DNA of 64,000 nt from Oikopleura dioica (Eukaryota; Animalia; Chordata). The translations under genes and the position numbers were made by a program. The stretch covers positions 11,904,001 through 11,968,000 of the forward strand of contig OU015568.1 of NCBI GenBank assembly GCA_907165135.1, in the 5' to 3' direction. The notes under the pieces are model-generated. The model was not told the origin of the DNA. It did no database searches and saw only the letters and a list, made by a program, of their open reading frames with translations. Below are positions 34,501-48,882 of the stretch, piece by piece; the first letter of the stretch is position 1; each line of letters begins with the position of its first letter.

Positions 34501-34906
34501 GCCTAAACCGCTAGCGCCATCATGTAGAAGGAATTCGTAGTCTTCACGGCCATCCTTTCCCTGGATGTTATAAATGGAGACCAGTCCCCAACCTGGGGAG
34601 GTAATTTGTTTTCAATTCGCAAAGAAAAAAAACGATTCTACTGTCTTTCTAATTCTACTTACTGGTGAGTTCTTCTTGGTCAACGTATCCGTCGCGGTTG
34701 TGATCCATTCGAACGACGAGTTTTCTGAGTCTTGCCTGGAGTTCGTCGTCTTCCAAATCCCAAGGATCCCAATCATCTTCTTCTTCGTCGCCGTGGATGA
34801 CCACGTCTCGGTCGAATTTCAGACGATTCTCCATCATCTTCTGTTTGATGTCTTTGCATTCTACCTCCGGGGGAGTGAGGAGCAAAAGAGCACCAAGTAA
34901 TTTCAT
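31503..34906 (-). CDS. Reticulocalbin/calumenin (CREC) family ER EF-hand protein with an alternative exon array
   Basis: Signal peptide MKLLGALLLL; EF-hands DHNRDGYVDQEE, DVDHDGKLTEEE, DTDGDGKISLQE, DRDSNGFIEADE, DEDEDERLTPDE; ER-retention end HYDEL*. RCN2-like. An apparent 1-nt frameshift lies at 32016-32020. Confidence 0.9.
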
Positions 34907-35838
34907 TTTCAATCTAAAGATTAAATTTTGAAATGACCAGGATTGCGAGTTTCGTTGATTTTGCTCTATTCTGAGCATGCTTGTTGTGAAAACAATCATT
35001 CCATAAACTCTCTGTGAACTTTCTTGTCTTGAATACTTAGGTCTAAATAGTAGCAAGGAAGTTTTGGAAGAAATTAATAAAATAAAGCAAGTTGATATTT
35101 TCGCTGAAAAGAGGGTTGTTTGTCTCTCGGTACCGGATCGCCGGTAAAGTGTCGGCAAAAATCGGCGGTGGGTTGAAGTTACTTTTAGGCCACGAAGCCT
35201 ATCCTCCTACTCAGCTCAAATCGGTCGCCTCGCGGGCAAGTGGCTCAAGCTTTTTTTGATGTCATTCAAAACTAAATTAATTCGGACGAGTGATGTTACG
35301 ACACTTGCTAATGTATCTGATCATAATTCATGAAAAATAAATAAAACAACAACCGCTTCAAATGATAAAAGTAAAGAGTCACAGCCTAACTCTCTATTGA
35401 TAGCTTTATTCGATAAACTATTAGGCAATATTCTCTATTAAAGTATAATTTAATACTTTGAGCAAAATTATTATTGAAAAATCAATCATTCAAATGATTG
35501 AATCAATCATATAAAATTTTTGAAATTGTTTAAATAAAATGATCATTACAATTAGAGATTCCGAATAAATTGTTCAAATTCACTATAATACAATAAATTA
35601 CAGTAAATAAATAATATGGCGCTTTCCTCTTTTTCTCTTTTTTGGCGAAAAATGGGTCGTTCGCGTCGTGAGTAAATTTGCGCGAGCTCTGAGTCACTTC
35701 AACTTCAATTTCTTGTTTGTCGTTCGTTCCATCTTTTTCGTGTCCCGAGAGAATGTCGACTTGATTACAATCATTCTGTCTTTTATGCGAATCTGGGAAA
35801 TTATCAAGTTCAGAGCGCGCGATTTTTTAGAGAGGAAA
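34907..35838. promoter_or_regulatory. Probable bidirectional promoter separating the minus-strand and plus-strand gene runs
   Basis: Divergent starts (CREC gene at 34906, LYPLA near 35839), with CG-rich patches near 35130-35240 and 35620-35690. Inferred from geometry. Confidence 0.45.
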
Positions 35839-36794
35839 ATGTGGAGAAACGCGGCCAGGCAAATTGGAATTATCAAAAACCATCCTTTTCATCCATGCTT
35901 TCAGATTAAAGCTGATCAGCAAGCCAAGGTACGTTTAACGATTCTTAGTCAATAAGAAAAACATAACAATTTTTTTTTTCGACTCGAAAACGCGAAAATT
36001 ACGTCCTCGCCAGATCAATTTTCCAATAAAAAAAGTCATTTTCAGGGAGTCGTTTTCTTCATGCACGGCCTTGGCGACTCTGGAATGGGCTGGGCAGATG
36101 CCTTCGCCAATTATTGCGCCGATCCAAATGTCAGATACATTTTCCCTTCAGCTCAAGAAATGCCGGTTACGCTGAATATGGGAATGCGAATGCCAAGTTG
36201 GTTCGACATCAAAGAACTTTCTGCTTCCGCGAGTGATCGTTACGATTTAGGTAAAAATACCAAAAAAAGGGTCAATTGCTTATTTTGTTTAGATCAGTTG
36301 AATAGAACGTCAGAAGAATTGGTGAAGATTGTCGACGATGTTTTGGAAGAAGAAGGTCTTGGGCGAGAAAATTTAGTTATCGGTGGTTTCTCACAAGGTG
36401 GTGCTCTTGCTCTGAATATTGCGCTAAATCATTATGATAATGTGGCTGGAATTCTAGCGATGTCGACGTTCCTCCCTATCGAAGAGGTAAATGAGAGGCC
36501 TTTGATCTTTTAATATTCGAAAAGAAATATTAAATCATTATTCAGAGTCACGAAATGCTCCAGAAGTTCCTGAACAAAGAAAAATCCCTCCCCGGTCCAA
36601 TCTCCCAGCATCACGGAACTGCCGATGGCGTCCTTCCTTTTTACTTCGCCCAGCAGTCGGCCGAGTTCTTCAAGAAAGTCGCTGAGAAAGAAGAAGACTT
36701 TCAGTTTTTCTCCTACGAAGGAATGGAACACTCAAGCTGCTTAGAAGAGCTGCAGAATGTTAATGATTTTGTCAAAAAAGTTCTCAAACTGTGA
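35839..36794 (+). CDS. LYPLA1: Acyl-protein thioesterase / lysophospholipase; 5' exons uncertain
   Basis: FMHGLGDSGMGW, PVTLNMGMRMPSWFDI, and catalytic triad motifs GGFSQGG, HGTADGVLP and GMEHSS. Confidence 0.92.
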
Positions 36795-36857
36795 TTTCTA
36801 TTTATTTAAATTTCGCAGCGTCAAACTTTCGTTTTTTTTCAGATAGAAAAAAAAGGG

Positions 36858-37613
36858 ATGAAAACTAAAGCCATTCGCTCGAATTCTCGAAAAGTCCAAA
36901 AGAAGGTTCCGACAATGCGTCGGAAAACAGAACTTCGTCAGAAAACCAACGAGAAACTCCTTCCACCAGAAGAGCTGAAAGCTCTCTACGTGAAGAGACA
37001 ACAGAAACTCGAGCAGAAGCGAATTTTCATCGAAAAAATTATCAAACGGCTTCGCAACGCCTCGAGAAGTGGCCACGTCGAGCACATCAACAAAATCTTC
37101 AATCAGATGAGGATCAAGGATCATATCAACGCTGGAACTAGTCAAGGGCTCACTGGTAAGACAAAGCAGTTTAGGAATGATATCATTCATATTCTAGCGC
37201 TTCACTGGGCCGCGGCAAGGGGTCATTATGACATCGTGAAACTCCTGGTTGAAAATGGAGCGAATCCGACTTTGCTGACAGCCCGGGGAAAAACTGCTGC
37301 GGATTTGACGAGATTCCGTGATGTCAAGTAAGAATCCATCATGTTTTCTCTAACCTTTTACTATCTCTTCAGAAAACTCCTCCTCGAGGAAGAAGATCGT
37401 TGGGTAGACACACACGGGCGAGCGAAACCAATTTTCAACCCCCATTCGAAGCCAGACCCACTCGACGCTTACGACGAATATATTTCCGGACTGGAAAAAC
37501 AAATCATCGACAACGACACGCGCAAGGGAAAAATTCGAATGGACCCGAGATTGAGAAAGAGCACAAATCTCCTCGCTCTGACTAGGCCAACAAATCTTCC
37601 TGGACTCAAATGA
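36858..37613 (+). CDS. Ankyrin-repeat protein with basic N-terminus, 3 exons
   Basis: GLT|ALHWAAARGHYDIVKLLVENGANP and GKTAADL. Joined by GT-AG introns to ORF 37341-37613. Confidence 0.8.
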
Positions 37614-37875
37614 TGAGTCGATTCATCCTGTAAATATACTCAGTCTACTTCAAGTTCGTCTTCTTCCGCATAAAATATTTCTTCAACAAAATACTCATTC
37701 ACTGTCTTTACAATTCTTCCGAAAACTTATCGTATCTCTGCCTCCCATCAATCTTCCTTCATAATGATTGTACAAACCATCATTCGTGAATAAAATTCTA
37801 GATACTCAAAATGCATTTTTTGTTGCTTTTTTATGCAGTTACTAATACAGTCAGCATTTTCTTTTTCGCAGGAAT

Positions 37876-38418
37876 ATGCCATTTTACGCGAGACCTAATC
37901 AGTTACAGCTGGACAACCGAGGATATTACATGGATCGCCGTGGTTTTTACGTGTGTTATTGTGATGGTTCATCCTTCAATAACAATGATGCTCGTCGACA
38001 ACTTTTCTCTGGCTATGGTTGCTTTTTTGGGCCAGGTCGTGCCATTTCTCAGCATTCCGACTTCGACGACCGATACTCCAACACAAACAATTTCGCCGAA
38101 CTGTTTTCAATTGTTATGGCTCTCCGGTAGCAATTTATTAACATGAATCTTTGTTGATGGGTATTTAGTCACGCGGTAAAATTCGGCTTGTTTTACGTCC
38201 AGGTTCGCAGCGACTCGACTTGGTGTGTAAATTGTTTGAATGGCGAATGGAACCCAAACTGTCATCTCGACTTGTTTGACGAAATCCAGTATCTCTGTGG
38301 CTGCTTGAATCAGGTGGAATTCTGTTTTGTTAGAAGAAATTCTGAGTATGGACATCAACAGGCGAACGAATTGGGTTCGAGCTTCAAATACAAATATAAA
38401 TGTCATATCCTTCTTTAG
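37876..38418 (+). CDS. Stand-alone RNase H1-like protein, 2 exons
   Basis: YCDGSS...GYGCFFGPG...TNNFAELFSIVMALR|HAVKFG...VRSDSTWCVN...FVRRNSEYGHQQANEL. A 42-nt GT-AG intron (38127-38168) joins the two ORFs in frame. Confidence 0.8.
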
Positions 38419-38689
38419 CGCAACGCGGAGCTTCGAGACACCAGAATCGCTTCTACGCAAACTAGTATTTTATTATCATATTTTCCATCGTTTTGTTAAT
38501 TCAAAGCTGTCTCTCTCTCTCATTTTTATGCATCACTCATTTCCAGACAATAGGCGTGTTATTATCTCTTTCTTTCAATTTTCACTCAAGCTCGACCCAT
38601 TGATCTCTTTCAAAGGTTTTGGGCGTAGTCTCTTCGCATTCCTCCCTTTTTGTCAACTCTAACAGAGGTGTGTTTTCAGAGAAAAAGTC

Positions 38690-40111
<1,422 letters not shown>

Positions 40112-40275
40112 ATCGAAAATCTGCTCAGAAAAAAAGTTTAAGTTATTGTTCACGAAAGTGAACCCAAGTTCCTTGCCTCCAAGTTCGAAGAAAAATCATA
40201 CGTTCTCATGTTCAAATATACACACCAATAAATTTGTAAATAAGAAATTTTGTTCTTTAGAAAAGGAAAGCCAGG

Positions 40276-41083
40276 ATGAATGCGCATATGCAGCAGCAAA
40301 TGCTCGAGCAGCAGCTCCTTCATGGTAAACTTCTTTAATTTTGAGCTGATGGTTTTATTTAAATTTAGCTGCCGAAGTTATGGAAGAACAGATCGACTCC
40401 GAGATGAAAAAGATGGACGAAATGGACGATGACGACATTGAAAAGATCCGACAGAAACGACTGAAAGCGATGCAACGAGCTCATGCGGCAAAACAGGAAT
40501 TCATCGCGAAAGGCCACGGTGGATATGACGAGCTCCCTTCGGAAAAAGACTTCTTTGATAAGGTCAAGGAATGCAAACGAGCCGTGGTTCACTTTTACAG
40601 GCCGACAACTCTTCGATGTGAAATCTTCGGTATGTTTCTTGCGCATATGTGTTTTTATAAAAACATCTTACAGACAAACATCTTGCTCTTCTGGCGCCAA
40701 AACACGTGGAAACTCGATTTGTGAAGCTCAACGCAGAAAAGTGTCCGTTTCTTTGCGAAAGGTTGAACATTCGAGTTATTCCTACTCTTTTGCTTATTGT
40801 TGATGGCAAAACACAGGTATCTATCACATGAAAACGATCACGAGTTTATCTATTTGTGAAGGAAAAAGTCGTCGGTTTCGACCAACTTGGAGGCCATGAC
40901 GAGTTCAGCACAGAAATGCTCGAGTGGCGACTTGGAGTATCAAAAGCGATCAACTACCGTGGCGACGTGAATCAGCCACCAGAGGATAAGCGAGCTCCAG
41001 CGCGCAATCCTCTTCATGCTAACCGCAGGATTAGACAAGCTGATGATTTTGACACCGATGAAGAGCTATTTGGCGACGACTAG
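40276..41083 (+). CDS. TXNDC9: Thioredoxin domain-containing protein 9 (phosducin-like 3)
   Basis: IEKIRQKRLKAM, GHGGYDEL, VVHFYRPTTLRCEI, VVGFDQLGGHDEFSTEMLEWRL. Confidence 0.92.
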
Positions 41084-41199
41084 ACCGCCAGTTAGAGATT
41101 ATTTTGTAGACTTTCTCCTTTTCTTTCTCTTTTTACTTGTATTGTTATCTGTCGCTTATCAGTAGAGGTCCCTTTATATTTATTTAGTATTAATTGACC

Positions 41200-42253
41200 T
41201 ACATTCCTTTTGTTGATAACTGTAAATCATGATTTCAACCACTTCCAGTTATTACAGTAATACAGTTTATTTTTGAAGAAAATCAGGGCTTTAATTTTCT
41301 TCTGGCCTTTTATCAGGGACATTTCTTTTCACTGAGCCGAGCCTAATTGAATCACAATCGTGACCAATTTGATATCAACGAAGAAAATAAGCAAAATACT
41401 TGGCCCATGCGCCCTTAATTTTAACCTCATGAGATCGTCATTATTCCAACTCGAGACCTAAAATAATGGAAAGACTGTCAATTATGTAAGGGAAAAGCTC
41501 TTCCCGAAAAACCTTTTCCAAAAGGTTATCGTTTGGAAAGAAGGCAACGTCACTCGGATACGTCATCTTGAGAAAAGCGAATTGATGATTTTATTCAGGC
41601 AGAGTGAGAAATCGATACTCGGATAATATCTCACCATATTTTAAGCTTCGAATTGCTATTTTTTCTTCTTTATGGAAAAATTTCAAACAGAGATTAATTA
41701 CTTATCGAGACAACTTACCAGTGCTTGGCAAATTCGAATTCTAAATGTAGCAGCGAGCTTTAGTCACCTGGTGTTATTCTTTCTCAAACGTCTGTGTGAT
41801 TTATTAAACAGCATGGCGAACTTTAAGCTGATCTGGTGAATAAATATTCTGGTACGCTACTAGAATCAAGGAGAATTAAGTTATACCCACAAAGCCATCC
41901 AAAACTTGGACTCGATTTATTCCCAAGCCATAATCATTTATCGTATAATAGGCGCCGCCACACGAGACATAAAACACTGCATAATGAAAACCAGGTATTA
42001 ATAATAATCTGAATAGCGACAGTAAGCCGGGACAACTCCGACAGGTTATTTTTACTTTGGCTGACACTAGCGTTGCGATTAATGTCGCACCTTGTCTACT
42101 GAACTGAAGGAAAATGTGCAAAATCGAAAAAATATATTCGGAGTTAATCTGAGCGGGCTTTGGAAATTGGATTATTCGCGGCTTGAGCAGTGTTGAATTT
42201 ATCAATATATAATCAATTAGGCGACGGGAAGGCACCCTTAAAATGGACCGCAC
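41200..42253 (-). CDS. Possible multi-exon orphan gene; product unknown, ends approximate
   Basis: A 125-aa open frame plus several short open segments bounded by AG/GT on the minus strand. No recognisable motif. Confidence 0.25.
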
Positions 42254-43216
42254 TGTACCTCGAACGAGGAAAATAAGATCAAATCAATTTTACTGAAAAT
42301 ATGCCTTTTCAAGATATCCAGTGAGACAAAATATTTAGAGATAAACTCCTGGTCTATTTCGGCTTATTAGAGGTATCGATATATTTTTAATGACTTAATT
42401 TGAGCTAGCTTTCATTTGAGTCATTCTCTTCTATGTCTTCACTTGTGACAGAAACTTAGAATAATTCAGAATAAAAATTATGAATTGGGAGATTTTAATA
42501 AAGAATAATAAAAATATAGAAAAATATTTTTGTCAATCCACTACTGAATATATCTAATATTGATGACGATATCGAATGGCCATGACGTGCACGTGGACAT
42601 TTGACCCATCGATACATTCCATTAAATACGCGATTTATATTGCAACAATATATGCTTTGAGCAGCGCTCCTTCAAAGGCCTCTTTGTGTCCCAAGAGGAC
42701 ACGCTGCACCTTGATTACCACAATCACCGTAGAAAAAACAGCGATCAACACGTTTTTTCATTTAAACTTTTTCTTTAAGAAAGTAACCAGAGAATTCAAA
42801 AAGAGAACATAAGACCGTCATATATTTTCAGTATATCCCGGTAAATCTCTTCTTTTTACAATTTTGAAAATTTGTATCAGCAGAAATTCAATTAAGATTT
42901 TTAAATAATTAAATTTTCAGTAGTTCAAAAATCTGATTATCTGTATCTCCTTACAAATTTCAATAGATGATAGTAGATTTACCGAATTTGCGTCATCCCG
43001 CGCGACCAGTCGGCCAATTAACCCGCTTCGCCCCTTGAATGGCCTGGAAGCACTAATTGGAAATGCTGTCTAAGCTTTCTCAATTACTCCAAAAGTAGCG
43101 GCATCAATATTCATCTACATTCGGCTACTGACTGAAAAGCCAAACATTTTTTCCGCGCTCCGTTTAATGCCCCTTACCAAAAAGATCTGGAGAGAAAAAT
43201 CTTGATATATTTTAGA

Positions 43217-46499
<3,283 letters not shown>

Positions 46500-47018
46500 G
46501 AAACTGCGCAAAGTTCCCCACTCATGTGAATATTTTTTATACGAATCCCTTCAACCCTTTTCTTCTTTTCTTCAACTTATCGACTTTCATTCCCTCTTTT
46601 ACATTTTCCAACTGAGTTCAACATATTCTTCAAATTAAAAAAATCGCTCCCTGAAAAAGCACAAACAATACCAAGGTCAACGTACTTATGACATAATATC
46701 TTATGTTCGAGCAAAACGTCTTCCCCTCTTCGCAAAAATGGAATCCCAACTCATAAATAAAGATATATCGCTCCTATCTCGTTCCATCGACAAATCGCAG
46801 CATAATTTTTTTGCAAAATCGTACTATCTTTTTATTGCTGCTTCTTTCCTTCAAGGTTCACGCACTAGCACGAACTTTTACTATTGATTCTTTTACTGCT
46901 CTTAGTTCCAGCTGTACTTTTTTGTTAATAAATTATTTATAAATTTCGATGAATGGAAACATATTGAAAATGTTGATTTATGACATTTTTAAATCTTTAT
47001 TCAGCTTGAATAATGTTT

Positions 47019-48882
47019 CTATACACAATAGAATTCATCAACAGGGAAAATTATCGGGCGCCAAAATTTTTGCGTTTGGTTGTTAATTACTTTCGACGAT
47101 ATTTTTTCTCCATCCCATTTGATTTTTGTGATAGGAAAATTCTTTTTGATGTACTCTTCTTCTTCGGAATTTTGTTCTACGCCGCTGACGAGATAAATAA
47201 AATTTCCAATACTTATTGTAGAGCAGTAGTAATGCTAAAACTCAAGTTAGTACAGTGGTATGAGCGGTTTCCGCACCCCTACGATTTTTTAAAATTACAC
47301 AGTAAATTTCCAAAAACTCTATTTATTGTATTTTTCCCTAATAGAAAATGGCGTGAAAATTTCATTACTGAAAACAGAAATCAAATATCATATCTGAATC
47401 AAAAGTTATGAATTTTTAAAGGCGAAAAATTGGGGTGCGGAAACCGCTCATACCACTGTACTCCTTTGTTTTGTCACACCTGTTCATTAAGCTTCCCAAC
47501 AACTGTCCATTTCAAGTGTCGAAGTAAGTAAACTTCTTTTGAGGCGTAATAGTCAGTATCATCACTTGTCCATTGACCTCCCATGAGAAGAATGCCCTTG
47601 TTGATTCCAAGGCAAGAGTGAACCCATATTGACCTTAAAATAATCAGGAAACGACCCAAAAAAGGATTCTTACATACTTTGGATGATCCGGTAGATCTTT
47701 CCATGAAGAGCCAGTGAGTTTTTCTACTTTTTTGTAGCCATCTGATCTCGAGGAACTGACCGCCACTGGTTTATCTTTGAGCAGCGCTAGACATGAATTA
47801 CTGTGCGAGTATTTTGTGGACGGTCTTATTTTTACAGAGGATCCGTCGAACTCCACGCATTCTGTCCGTGAATCAATAGTTTCAGAACTTGGAAAGCAAA
47901 TTAGCGCTAAAAATTATAGTTTTATTTGATGTTCAGTACTGTCAGAGTCTGTGGCAAGATGTTTATTCTGAAGCATCCTTCAAAAAGGCCTTCACCTGAT
48001 TGTTGGTCAGCCGCCGTTACTGTAGCAGAGGCAAAGAAGTACACATTATTAAGTATTACATCTAACTCCTTGATATTGCAGTCACTTATCATCGCAATCT
48101 TAGTTTTTATGAAATATCATTTTTAATATGGCTTACTTTGGAGGTATTATTTAAATATAGTGTATCGTTAATTGAGGAGGGTAGCCATTGTGGACTAAAA
48201 ATATAGACTTTCCCTCGAATTAAAGCAGAAATCGCATCTTGAAGATAGTGATGGTCACTTATTGACAAGGGCATTCTGATAGTACGATTATTCATCAGTC
48301 CGTTTGGTTTGAGTACGTAGCTGATAAATTTTGCATTACGATAAACACTATTACCAGCGAGAACCATCATTGAACGTTTCACAGGATCTCTGATATTTAA
48401 AATATGCTTTTTATCCTTTTAGTCACTCACTTTGATATTCTTATCTTTCTGGTTGTTGTTGGTGCCCTTGTGGTCGTGGTTGTTTGAAATTTTGAGGATG
48501 TTTCCGGCGTGTTCATTCTCTTCGTAAAAGCTGGATCAACGGAGGAGTTGGTGAATGAAACAGAATTAAATTCAGAAGGCTTTTTTAGAAGTAATATCGG
48601 AAAAAGAACTGCTCCGATTGTTATGAGAGCCACCAATATCTTCGTAAAAACAGAAAGACCTTTCAGTTTATCGACGCATGATTTTTTCTTCTTCTTTTCT
48701 CCTTCTTCTCCCCGTATTTGTTGATTACCGCTCATTCGACCTGTAGAATACAGCGGAGGAGATGAAGAAAGACGACTCGTTCCAGAAAACGAAGATTCCG
48801 CCGTCTCGTCTTGGTAGGTAGAATGAATTTTATGAACATAATTTTTATATTCTTCCATTTTATCATCGCTTAAAACATACAT
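47019..48882 (-). CDS. Type II membrane protein with Thr-rich stalk and kelch-like beta-propeller ectodomain, multi-exon
   Basis: Cytoplasmic N-terminus, TM ILVALITIGAVLFPILLL, TTTTTRAPTTT stalk, propeller-like blades (SCLALLKDKPVAVS, GILLMGG, WTVVGKLNEQ) and last exon ending RPIIFPVDEFYCV*. Confidence 0.75.
47253..47458. mobile_element. 206-bp Tc1/mariner-type MITE with TA TSD
   Basis: 27-bp perfect TIR CAGTGGTATGAGCGGTTTCCGCACCCC (47253-47279 / 47432-47458), flanked by TA on both sides. Confidence 0.93.
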
